Assembly: GCF_004010195.1 (NCBI RefSeq)
Contig: NC_057719.1
Coordinates: forward strand, 54,745,971 to 54,795,029
Reading direction: 5' to 3'
Origin: Chiloscyllium plagiosum
Taxonomy: Eukaryota
Length of the DNA stretch: 49,059 nucleotides
A program made the position numbers and the translations under genes. Below the pieces are notes generated by a model, which worked only from the letters and a program-made list of their open reading frames with translations, made no database searches and was not told the DNA's origin. This document shows positions 11,646 to 23,079 of this stretch, one piece after another (the first letter of the stretch is position 1; each line of letters begins with the position of its first letter).

Positions 11646-13282
11646 CAATGTCAGAAATGCATTCATATTATATGGAAATAAACCTTGTATGTGACAAGTT
11701 CCCCTATTTAACCGTTACTGGTCAAGGTTGCAAACATGCTGTAAAATAGTTTTCCCATAATACAGTCAAAATATAGTTCTAGATAGTTTTTGTCTACTTT
11801 TTCCAGTAGTAACTGAACTTCATTGTTGGCGTCATAAGGTGATTAAAAATAATATATTTTTTTAAAAATCAGTCAACAATATGAATTAATTAATCCACAG
11901 ATGTTCCATTTCTGTTTATATATTTACATCAACATTTGTATTTCAAAGCCTTGATTTCTTTCAAAAATTTGGTTATTTATACCTTGCAACAACTGCAGAT
12001 CACATTCAATCATGCTCACTCAGTCTGAACAATTTCCCAGTGGGCAATCTCTGAATTATGAGAATGTGAAGTTTTCCAGTTTGCAATCTGAATATTAACA
12101 AGATTTGAAGAATAGCTAGATCTCTTTATCCTCTGAGGAAAGAAACTTTGTTTGCATTTGTTAAAAAGTTTTGAAAATAACTAAAGGCAAATTCTCAATG
12201 CTTGTATTTCAAGAAACATTGGCATCTAACTAACTGTATTAAGAGCAGACAGCATTTTAAATAAAAGCAACTGCAATCATGATTTGTTCGTCGATTGTGA
12301 GTTTGGAAAACAAAATGATTGCTTTGAGCATCCTCAAAACCTCTTCCTGTTTCACAACCTAGAAAGGTGCTCCCAAGACTCTCGATTTTCTGATCCACAT
12401 CTCCCACTTACATTCAGGTTCTTTGGAAGCTAATTTCTCCCCAATATTATGTGAGCAATTCAATTTCTGTCCCGCACTCTTTTCTGAAAACAAACCCTGT
12501 TTTCATTATTTACGTAGCTTCAATTTTATTTTATATAGCTTTAGTCATCTCTTCACCTAATAGCCATTTCTTTAATTTGACAAACTTTGTATTTCAACAG
12601 CTACAAGGCTGTCAGCTTTTAGAGGAGAATTGAAGAAGACTGTTTTAGAAACATTTCTTGAAAGGAGGAGATGATTTTAAAAGCCATCAAAGAGTTTTAC
12701 AGTTGAGGAGTAGATTCGTTTTTAAGGCATTCATTCACATTCCCAATTATTGGTCCATGTCACAGGGAAAAATTGTATACAAAGTGTTGTATAATTTACA
12801 CCAGTGGGATTATTCTCATTTACAGCTATTTGTTAAAAGTAACCCTTTTTAAAAAAAAATCAAATAATCTCAACTTAGTTCTGAGTGAAAACAAATTATT
12901 CCTGAATCAGCTGTCAAATAATTATTAATCTGTTTCAGAGATGTTACAGGGTTATTACATTGGGAAATGGAATACTATCAAATTTTTAAAGTTGATAATG
13001 TTCTTCATAACGATGTCAGCAAAGAAATGAAAAGCAGTAACTGGAAAAACCATGGTGTATAGTAATTTCACCATTTTTCCAAAGTTACTATGGCTCTCCT
13101 GCTGAAGATATAACAGGCAAGCAGGAGGAACCACGAGAAAATTCACATGTCTATTTTCGAATAAGAATTCTCAATATGGAAGTCAGTGCAGCACCTGACC
13201 AGTTCAGCTCACCACTTATTCCAAAGCACCTTCATGTTGGGCATCAGGAACCAACATCTCACGATATGCTTCACTGGTATTA

Positions 13283-13767
13283 GTTCAGAAAAGATTTACA
13301 AGGATGTTGCCAGGATCTGAACCTCAGGGAGAGGCTGAATAGGCTGGGGCTGTTTTCTCTGGAGCATCGGAGGCTGAGGGGTGACATTATAGAGGTTTGA
13401 TAAAATCATGAGGGGCATGGATAGGGTAGGAAGACAAGGTATTTTTCCCTGGGGTGGGAGAGTCTAGACTTATAGGGAATAGGTTTAGGGTGAGAGAGGA
13501 AAAATTTAAAAGGGACCTAAGGGGCAACTTTTTCACACTAAGGGTGGTATGGTATGGAATGAGCTGTCAGAGGAAGTGGTGGAGGCTGATACAATTACAA
13601 CATTTAAAAGGCATCTGGATGGAGACACGAGTAGAAAGGGTTTAGAGGGATATGGGCCAAGTGCTGACAAATGGGACTAGATTAGGTTAAGATATCTGGT
13701 TGGCATGGATGAGTTGGACCAAAGGGTCTGTTTCTGTGCTGTATATCGCTATGAATCTATGACTCTA
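13283..13767 (+). mobile_element. CR1 LINE 3' fragment
   Basis: [11 protein letters not shown]...LFSLEHRRLRGD...RGNFFTLRVV; tail ctatgaatctatgactcta. Confidence 0.9.
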
Positions 13768-13972
13768 CATGCACCCTATGACCATTGGCATCTGACATGT
13801 GTCAGCTTCCAAGAAACCTCATGGAGCATCTTTGATCCACTTACAGTTTGCTTTGGATCTTCAATGCTGCACCTCAGGATATAATGGCAATGATCATTGT
13901 AATGTTGCAGCAAGGGCACTTTGTGCTCAGGGATACATACCCAGCTCATGGAGTGGACTAGGAAGTATCTCT

Positions 13973-14191
13973 GAGAGAAAGTGAGGGCTGCAGATGCTGG
14001 AGATCAGAGCTGAAAATGTGTTGCTGGAAAAGCGCAGCAGGTCAGGCAGCATCCAAGGAACAGGAGAATCGACATTTCGGGCATAAGCCCTTCTTCAGGA
14101 ATCTGAAGAAGGGCTTATGCCCAAAACGTCGATTCTCCTGTTCCTTGGATGCTGCCTGACCTGCTGCGCTTTTCCAGCAACACATTTTCAG
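13973..14191. mobile_element. Penelope-derived palindromic mini-element, family A (best preserved)
   Basis: ~91-bp arms 14008-14098 / 14103-14193 around loop gaat, 35-bp one-sided tail, perfect 15-bp TSD ctaggaagtatctct at 13958-13972 and 14192-14206. Confidence 0.9.
14066..14102 (-). ncRNA. Minimal hammerhead ribozyme core
   Basis: Minus strand reads attc-CTGAAGA-a-gggc-ttat-gccc-GAAA-tGTC-gatt; the plus-strand mirror copy has GAAA changed to AAAA. Confidence 0.6.
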
Positions 14192-14539
14192 CTAGGAAGT
14201 ATCTCTAATCTGTTTGCTTGCTCTCTTAGGGCTCACTTAATTTGAGCCTACTTGGTTGCTATAGCATTCTTGCCTTACCTTTTCTTGGAACTGACTACCA
14301 CAGTCGGCTGTGGAAACTGGGTAACTCAGTATATTCATGAAAGAGATAGATAATGTCTTAGATATTGAAGGTATCAAGAAACTTAGAGAGAAAGTGGGGT
14401 GGTTGAGAATCAACCATGGTCATATTGAATGAAACCCTCTGCCAAACCAAGGGAAAAAGCCTTCACTCAAAGGGTCCTAACACATTAGGTAAAGGACAGT
14501 GTCCAATACTAGTCCATGGGTTTGGACATGGTTCATCAG

Positions 14540-15245
14540 CCACTCACTCTGATGAGATCACTATACCCTGCTAATAATGGGAAAAGAGCCAAAAGTCAGG
14601 TGGACCAGCACCAGTCTTTACTCTTTCTGTCAACTGGGCTAATTTACTCCTGGGATGAGAGAAAAGAATGTATTACTGGAGATTAAAGTCGGCAGCACAA
14701 CTGCTACTTTTGTTGCAGTAGGGGATGCCCTGAGTGAGAAAGTCAGTAACACAGAGGGTATGCAGGTTAGTGGTGACAGAGGTTGGGGTGGGTGAGGATC
14801 TGTCAGGAGTGGTTATTGACTAAGTGTTGGAACATGGGGTTTCAATAGTTAGGCAATTGTTCGTCGACCAACGTGGATACAAGGGGCTGAAGGTTGTTTT
14901 TTTCTATGCTGTAGATCTCTATGAGGCTAAATTGCAGGGAATAATCAGAGTGAGAGAGTTTGAGCCTCAGTGGGAGGTAGGGCTAGTAGCAGAGAGAGAG
15001 TGAATGTGAGGTAGTAGGGAGAAGATGGTGCCACACATGCTGGTGGAGGGAAAATGTTTTTCTTTCAGAGCTCTACTTTCTCAAGGGAGCTGAGATTGCA
15101 TTAACCCAGGTGACAAACTTGGGTGAGTTTACATGGTCTGGTCGAATAGCCTCCACTGCAGCTCCTAGGGAACATATTGTGCTATATCTGCACCTCCCTG
15201 TCTTCCAGGGCCTCTAGCTCCCAGTTGACAAGTCCGGGCAGCATA
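14540..15245 (-). pseudogene. Harbinger/PIF Myb/SANT-like ORF remnant, two exons
   Basis: MLPGLVNWELEALEDREVQI*HNMFP...WVNAISAPLRK (15245-15055), then after acceptor ttttctctcatcccag (~14650) KLAQLTERVKTGAGPPDF, matching the TGGGPP motif of Harbinger Myb proteins. Confidence 0.55.
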
Positions 15246-15439
15246 ATCACATTGTCCAAGGCAAATATCATACCATGCAGGGCAGCTGCGCATTGGCAGA
15301 ACTTTTCCAGTGCATAAAAGCACCAGAGAGACCAGTTCATTCCAGGATGTCTCACCAGTTTCAAGTTGTTCCAGGTATGGCAACCAGTAGAATGGCAACC
15401 AGTAAAAATGTGATCAAAGAGTATGAGAGGGGTGGAGGG

Positions 15440-15590
15440 TTTGCTGAAGTCCATACAGACATTATTTACTGCTCTATCTTCATCAATCTTTATTGTCACC
15501 TCTTCAAAAGACTCAATCAAGTTGGTAAAACATGATTTTCCACACACAATTCCATACTGATATCCTTAATCAGACTCCTGTTTTCTCGAA
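15440..15590 (-). mobile_element. Short CR1 RT fragment
   Basis: GKSCFTNLIESFEEVTIKIDEDRAVNNVCMDFSK. Confidence 0.8.
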
Positions 15591-16540
15591 CAGGTTTCTG
15601 ACATTAATGGAGAATGCTATGAATACAATCATGGCATTCTGTGGAGGGGGTGGGCCGTTCTTCCTGCCTTTGGATGTTTTTTGTGCCATCTCAGGAAGCT
15701 TGTAAAATGTCAGTTTGTGCCTTTTTTTCTGCTTTACTCTCTTGTCGACTTTGTGTTCTTTTGCTTCTGTAACCCTTACAGCAGGTTCTGCTCCTGTACA
15801 GCCTGTCAGAAGCCCTTTATTTTCTGAAAAGGTTTTAGATGGGTTCAGGTGAGATTCATTGCTCCATGGAGTTGAAGTTGGCCTCCTGTGATACCTGTGT
15901 TAGTTAAAGACTGATCGAGTAATCAGATTGGTCTTAAAGTCCTTCACCTGCTGCATTGCACTGCTGCTGGGCTTCACTTCAGAAGTGCCATCCATCTTGT
16001 ATCCTGTTCTCTGGGCCTGGTCACTAACACCACAATCAGGTCTGCACTCAAATGAATGAACATTAACAAACTTCATTAAATATAGCTATATACCAGGAGC
16101 TCTAAGAGATGATAACTATTGACTCAAAAATCAGTTCCATGACATCAGATATTAATATGAAAATGCTCCTTTTGCACATGTTCAGTAGCTAATCTTTGAG
16201 TAAAGGTATAGTTAGCCTTTTACTTTTCTTCTTTAAGGAGGAGTGAGGACTACATCCAAGTCAAGCTAGAAGGTTTCCTTATCCTCAAGGATAGGAACAG
16301 AAATGCTGATGGTGATTGCATTTTGATTATGGTTAAGCTGTAAGTGACGTCGAAGAAAACAAGTTACATAGTAAATACTGCAAATTAAGTACTGTGTAAA
16401 TGAGGCGGGCTTGCAGAGTTTGGTTGTTATCTGATAGGGAGAAGATGGATGCACAAAACTACCAAACATCTTATAATCAGGGAAATAGGCAGAAAGACAG
16501 CTGGGGAAGTTTGAGAGAGAATGGAGATTGAAGTTGTAAT

Positions 16541-16665
16541 ACCACCTGATGAAGGAGTGACACTCTGAAAGCTAGTGTGCTTCCAATTAAACCTATTGGA
16601 CGATAACCTGGTGTTGTGTGATTTTTAACTTTGTACATCCCACTCCAACATCGGCATCTCCAAAT
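16541..16665 (+). mobile_element. Penelope terminus, family B (solo arm plus tail)
   Basis: Homologous to the arms at 28050-28610 and 30023-30203 (ataacctggtgttgtgtgatttttaact...ggcatctccaaat). Confidence 0.75.
16543..16577 (+). ncRNA. Minimal type I hammerhead ribozyme
   Basis: Stem I cac/gtg, CTGATGA 16546-16552, stem II ggagt-gac-actct, GAAA 16567-16570, palindromic AGCT stem III, predicted cleavage after CUA (16574). Confidence 0.65.
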
Positions 16666-16719
16666 TATTACAAAGGATAATTGTTACAGAAGACAGTCGA
16701 CATAGGATCAGAGGAGATG

Positions 16720-17463
16720 CTCATAACAGAATATGGAAGAACTTTGACAGAAATCAATACAGGGAAAACAGGATACAGGTGCTGGGAATGGGCAGGGGTG
16801 GAGATTTGGGGGGCAATGTCAAAATGGACAGTATACATAATCTGAAGTTGCTGATCTCACCATTAAGTTCAGAAGGCTGCAACAGAGATGCTGTTGCGCC
16901 AAAAGTACTGGAACACTGCAGCTGGCAGAGGTCAGAAAGTGAGTATGAAAGCAGGATGGTACAATGAAGTGTCAATTACTTTTAAGGCCAGGATCATGTG
17001 TGCAGACTGCGTGGAGATGTTCTGAAGAGTGGTCACCCCTTCTGCATTTGGTCTGCACTGGAATATAATTGGGAATGATGTAGGAGAGGGCAAATATGTC
17101 AGAGGGAATAGTCTGTACAGAAGGCTGAAAGGGAGTGGAAGGGAAGATGTCTGTGGTGATGACATTATGCTAGATATGGCAGAAATAGCAGAGGCTGATG
17201 GTGTGGAAGCCTATCATTGCCTTGGGAGGGAGAAGAGTGAGTGCAGAAATTTGCCAAATTGGGTCAGTTGTGATCTAAGAGCCTCGCCATTCAGATTAGT
17301 TAGAATCCTTGATTGCGTAAAAAGGGAGACATGTCAAAAATGCTATTGTGGAAGGTTGCATCATTGGAACAGATGAAATGGAAATGAAGAAACTGTGCAA
17401 ACAGAGTGGGGGCTTCACAAAAGCAAGGTCTGAGCAAGTAAAGTGAAAGTAATCATGGGAATC
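16720..17463 (-). mobile_element. Old Penelope-like element, 3' (GIY-YIG side) fragment
   Basis: Degenerate similarity to 42950-44100 (TKRR.GD.FAEHL-like region near 17010-17055; pyrimidine-rich 3' UTR); separated from its RT part by the CR1 at 17464-18783. Confidence 0.55.
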
Positions 17464-18783
17464 AAAGAACAAAGAACCTCTCTTCATAGCTAGCGCCCTA
17501 CATACCAGGCAACATCCTGGTGAACCTCCTCTGCACCCTTTCCAAAGCGTCCACATCCTTCAGGTAATGTGGCAACCAGAACTGGATGCAGTATTCCAAA
17601 TGTGGCCGAACCAAATCCCTATATAACTATAACATGACCTGCCAACTCTTCTACTCAGTACCCTGTCTGATGAAGGAAAGCATGTGTTTGCCTTCTTGAC
17701 CCTTTATCAACCTGTGTTGCCACCTTCAGAGTACAATGGACCTGAACACCCAGATCTCTCTCAATTTTTCCCAGGGCTTTTCCATTTACCATATAGATTG
17801 CTCTTGTATTGGATCTTCCAAAATGCATTACCCCATATTTGCCTGGATTGAACTCCATCTACCATTCCTCCTTCCAACTCTCCAATCTGTCTGTATTCTG
17901 CTGCATTCTCTGACAGTCCCCTTCACTATCTGCTCCTCCACCAATCTTAGTGTCATCTGCAAACTTGCTAATCAGACCACCAATACCTTCCTCCAGATCA
18001 TTTATGTATATAACAAACAACAGTGGTGCCAGAACGGATCCCACTGAACACCACTGGTCACAGTTCTCCATTTTGAGAGACTCCCTTCCACTACTGCTCT
18101 CTGTCTCCTGTTGCCCAGCCTGTTTTCTATCCATCTAGCTAGTACGCCCTGGACACCAAGCGACTTCACTTTCTGCATCAGCGTACCATGAAGAATCTTA
18201 ACAAAAGCCTTACTGAAGTCCATGTACATGACATCTACAGCCCTCCCCGCAACAATCAACTTTGTTACTTCCTCAAAGAATTCTATCAAGTTAATAATAC
18301 ATGACCTTCCCTGCAAAAAAACCATGCTGCCTATCACTAATAAGCTCATTTTCTTTCAAATGTAAGTATGTCCTATTCGTCAGTATCTTCTCCAGCAACT
18401 TGTCTACTACTGACGTTAGGCTCACCAGTCAATAATTACCTGGATTATCCTTGCTACCCCACTTAAAAAAGGGGACAACATTATCAATTCTCCAGTCCTT
18501 TGGGAGCTTACCCATGTTAAAGGATGCTACAAAACTATTAAGGGTCCAGCTATTTCCTCTCTCGCTTCCCTCAGTAACCTGGGATGGATCCCATCTGGAC
18601 CTGGGGACTTGTCCACCTTAATGCTTTTTAGAATATCCAACACTTCCTCCCTCCCAATGTCGACTTGACCTTGAGTAATCAAAAATCTACCCTTAACCTT
18701 AACATCCAGCATGTCCCTCTCTTCGGTAAATACCAATGCAAAGTACTCATTAAAAATCTCACCTATTTTCTCTGAATCCACAC
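17464..18783 (-). mobile_element. CR1 LINE ORF2 RT fragment
   Basis: KVDKSPGPDGIHPRLLRE; NLIEFFEEVT...YMDFSKAF; YINDLEEG..ISKFADDTKIGG; frameshifted. Confidence 0.95.
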
Positions 18784-18869
18784 TTAACTTTCATTTGATT
18801 TGTGATTAAAAACTAGTAGATAGCCTAGACATAGAAATGAAAATTGAAAATTCAGGAAGGAAGGGAAAG

Positions 18870-19340
18870 AGTCAGAGACAGATCCCCCTCTCCCACTCCT
18901 CCCACCCCTTCCCCTCATGCAAAGATGAGAGAAGCAAGAAAATTGGAACGAAAATTGATTTTTTTTCCATTTCCAAATGAGAATAGGAAACTGAACCAAA
19001 GACATCATCAATAAATTGGAGGAACAGTTGTGATAAGGGGTCTGTGTACAACTGAAATGAGAAATGTTCCACATATCCCACAAAAAAAGACAGCCATAAC
19101 CAAGACCCATGTAGATACGCATGGTCACACCTTTTATTAAGAGGAATGAGACAAGTTAAAGGAAAAATTTGATCAAAGTAAGACAAGGTCAGCCAGAGAA
19201 GGAGGTTTGAAGTAAATAGGGAATTGTCCAGAATACCGTTCAAGATAAATGTAGAGAGCCTTCAGACCAACCTGATGTGAATAGAAGTTTAAAGGAAGTA
19301 TACATCCAGATGAAGAGGTAGTGATTAGGGTCAGGACAAT
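18870..19340 (-). mobile_element. Old Penelope-like RT fragment
   Basis: MGLGYGCLF / VGYVEH..FQLY...LSQLFLQFIDDVFG = Penelope RT MG..YACLFVGYVE...LFLRYIDD region. Confidence 0.75.
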
Positions 19341-19712
19341 GTGGTCAGAATTTACTAATGTCAATGCTTGTCACACTGTTTTTCTGCAGATTATCAAATT
19401 TATAGATTATAGAATCCTGTTGGATTCTTCAAGTCAAGGTGCCATGATGTCACCTTATGGGCTCTGTACACAATGTCATTATCCTCAATGCATGCCTAAT
19501 TTGCAAGGACTAACAGCAGGCTATGTCCTGTTTTCCTGGCAACTTGTTATAATTTCTCAATCCCCTCACGGTGTACCCCTGCAGAAAAGGTTGAAAGCTA
19601 AGAGACTTAAATAGTTGTCTTAGGTTTCCTGTCAGGAACACAAGTTCAGCTGTATTCATCACGCAATAGGAGCCTTCTGGGGCGGAAAACAATTTAGATA
19701 AATATTCAGACG

Positions 19713-20150
19713 TCAGCTGTGGTTCAGTTCATAGCATGATGTTTTTTGAAGCACAAGGCATGTGCCACTCTGGGACTTGAGCAAATAAATCAAGGTGAAC
19801 ACTCCAGTATAGTACAGAAAGAGCAATGTACTGACGGAGGTGGCAGATCTTACATGAGACGTTAAACAAAGGGCACTACCTGCCAGCTTGGGTGGGTGTA
19901 AAAGGTATCTGGCACTCATTTGAAGGAAAATGCAGGAATTATCTGTGCCTAAGCCAATATTTATTCCACTATCTATATCATGGGAAACAGAGTGCCTGAT
20001 CATTGTCACATTACTGCTGAGAGAAGTTTGTTAATTAGCTGCCTTATTCCCCACAGTACTACAGCAACTGCATTTCAAATTGTATTTCATTGACTGTAAA
20101 GTGCTTTGAAACATCCAGAGTAGTGTAATGCACCATAACTCTGGTGTCTT
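19713..20150 (+). mobile_element. Deu-domain SINE (SacSINE1/AmnSINE1-like)
   Basis: tRNA-like head tcagctgtggttcagtt; ggaggtgg...atgagacgttaaac; gccaatatttattcc; atcattgtcacattactg; ttcattgactgtaaagtgctttgaaacatcc tail. Confidence 0.75.
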
Positions 20151-21489
20151 TCTAAAACACAGAAAGATTGTTCAGTTTGGTAGTGATGCATGATATTACA
20201 CAGTTTTGGGAACAAGAGAAGAGAAGATGGAGCCATTACTAGGCAAGAGATAGTACTCTGCTAACATATAGGATGGTAAGGAAGTGGGAATGGTCCAATC
20301 ATTATCAATTGCTCCAATCATTGCTTAGAACTAGGGCCATATAATCATAATCCATTTAACAATGTTTCAGTTGAACAATCATTACTCCTCTGTATTAAAA
20401 GTCACGTAAAACATCTCCCACAATTCCTTCATCTTGGAAAAAAACAGAATCATTTGCCCAGATACCAAAAACTGACATTGCAGGGGCAGCAGCTACTATA
20501 GGAACATTCTCTGCTTACAAAGATCTAGAGCACCTTTTTACCTATTCTAATGTTTTTTTATGAGATGCTTTTAACATGGCAGAAATATTGAATGATGAAG
20601 ATTACTGCAGCTCAACTAAACCTTATCTAAACATAAACAATGATCTCTGAACTATCTATTAAATAAGCACAACATCTGTGGCTATCAAGTTTCAGAATGT
20701 AGCTCGAAGCTGAAGCATTTTATTTAGAATTAGGACACTAATACTGTTTCACAAGACACCACCAAACTACAAAGCTGAAAAATAAATCCTTTCATTAATA
20801 TTTCCATCTTACTAGAAGACTTCAGATAGATCCACTTCCAACAACCTGCTTTAAACATTCTTACATTTACGAAAAACTGCACAACTACTGAGACAATCGA
20901 AGTTATAAAACAATCAACAAAATTCTAAATAAAATAAGACAGAAAATTATAAAAATTCAATTTCCCCATTTGCCAATATTAATGAAGCTTTTAAAAATTC
21001 CTGTATTTGAATGCAGATCTAATTCATCACCCAACACTAATTATTTCTTGATTCATACTGTAACTGTGTGCCAACTTCCATTGAAATCTGTCCTTATATA
21101 ATATGTGTATATATTATTTACAAACAGACTAATAGGGTAAAAAAAATTACTTTCACCCACCTTCAGTGGCAAAGGTAATAAAACATTGGTTAAGTTCATT
21201 GCTTTGGGTGTTTGTTGAATATAAATTGCACTGCACTGAATTTGAGTAGGTTGTGGAATGGCAGGAATTCTTTGACATGGATGAATAATATCTAAGTAGA
21301 ATTTTAAAATACAATTTGTTTAAAGTAATTACACAATATTCAAACTGGATCTACAGAGAGCTTGAGAAAAGAATATAAGAATGAGAAGCAGCAAGTAAAG
21401 GAAGGAAGATCATAATAGAACAGAGAGATAACTAAATAAGAAAGTAATACACAATAAATGACCGGCTGAGGAAGGATATTTAGACTATT

Positions 21490-21900
21490 GGCAAATTAAA
21501 GCATTTTATGCAAAATTAAGCAGTACGAGGAGCATAGCATCGAGGCTTGAAGTTTGCATACTGAATGATGATGTGAGTTTAATGAGTTTAAGTCAGATAT
21601 GGCTAATGCCAGAGAGGGCTCAAACGTTTGTTGGGATTAAAATGGATTGAAAAATGTAACAGTACAAAATTGTTAGCAGGGAAAGTTCTGACTAAGAATC
21701 ACAAAAATAAATCTTAGTTGAATTCCAATTTGATATAGGTGGAATCTTGTGCATGACTAGACAAATGCTTATTAAGTGGTGTTTATTCTGGAATAGCTTG
21801 AGTGGTGTGAAATCAGTTGCATAAAGAAAATGAAGCACTTTTTAATTTTTTTCTGTTAAATCTGAAGCTAGAAACGGGGGTGGTAGTAATTAATAAAGGG
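21490..21900 (+). mobile_element. Very old CR1-type endonuclease N-terminal remnant
   Basis: LKAFYAKLSSTRSIASRLEVCILNDDVSLMSLSQIWL resembles LK.LY.NARS..NK..ELE.....D.I.ITETWL. Confidence 0.4.
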
Positions 21901-22200
21901 AAGGAATTGTTAACTTGAACCTATACTTAATAAATTGCTCATTGACTGTTCTAGTATTAGATAAGTTTGGTCTTCTTCCTGCTCTCTTTTTCTTGCGTTC
22001 GTCATATTACTCATCTGAAACTCCTGAACTTCTTTCTCCCAAATGATTCCAAGGAATTACTCCTTTGGATGGCAAAGTTCTGAAACATGCAGCAGCCAAG
22101 CACAAATGGGAAGATTTGCTTCAAACTATGCTGCAGACTTTCTCCTAAAATCAATGCAGTCTTTGCTTGAGAAGGTGAATAATCTGATTAATTCTCATCA

Positions 22201-22299
22201 GTCACACGACACCAGGTTATAAACCTGTTGGACTATAAGCTAATGTCATTGGACTGTTGCCCTTGTCCACTCCAATCCAACACTGGCACCTGCACAACA
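22201..22299. mobile_element. Penelope-derived mini-element, family B, short
   Basis: cacgacaccaggttata (inverted) + aacctgttggactata...tail; perfect 12-bp TSD taattctcatca at 22189-22200 and 22300-22311. Confidence 0.75.
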
Positions 22300-23079
22300 T
22301 AATTCTCATCAATTTGTGGCTGTGGTTATAAAATGTCACATGATTGTTGGTGTAAGCTATGCTTTACCTCTAGCATCCAGTCTGACACCCGATGGCTTGC
22401 TTGGAAAAGAGACCATTGAAACCTATTGTGGAATGGTGATATCCTGATTACTACCAAGGTAATTGGGTACAAACTTCATGATGTACTGTTACCTGTTTTC
22501 ACAAGCCATCTGTCCATTTGCGGAGTGGATATGCTTACTTAAATGTTGACAATTACAAACTCAAATCTTGATGTAGCTCATTCAAAAATAACTTGGGTAT
22601 GGTTAATATCTGACAAATTTCATTGAATTGGTTGAGAATAAATAGATGGATTTTTCAATGGAGTATTGAAGGGCATGGTGCATATCATACTAGCAACCAG
22701 TGGGATGCCTATCTGCATCCATGTTGCATTAGCACACTATTATTACCTAATCTCACCTCATTTGTATGTAGCTTTCTATTCTCCCATAATGGATAGCAAG
22801 TATGCACAGACAATTCTCGACATGAAAGTCAATCTGGGTATCTATTCATTTCAGTACACTGCTTACTCCTCTGGTCGCCATCTTCAACAGCAGTCACCAG
22901 CATCTCAGGGCATGCCCCATGGATGGCAACTGTCCATATCCACCATAAGTGAACGTTGGCTTTGGAAACTTACAAACGCAGCCTCAGCTCACCCTCTTGA
23001 CACACATCTGACCCACCTGTAATACAATTCTGCATGTCAATGTTGCAGTTTGGAATGCACTGGCACATTTCATTGCAAT

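Noticed and set aside
11982..12051. Minus-strand exon candidate
   Set aside because: Stops in all three frames and a weak donor.
13973..14191. Hairpins as classical DNA-transposon MITEs or pre-miRNA genes
   Set aside because: Arms are asymmetric with a one-sided tail, TSD length varies (12-16 bp), and the sequence matches the Penelope terminus.
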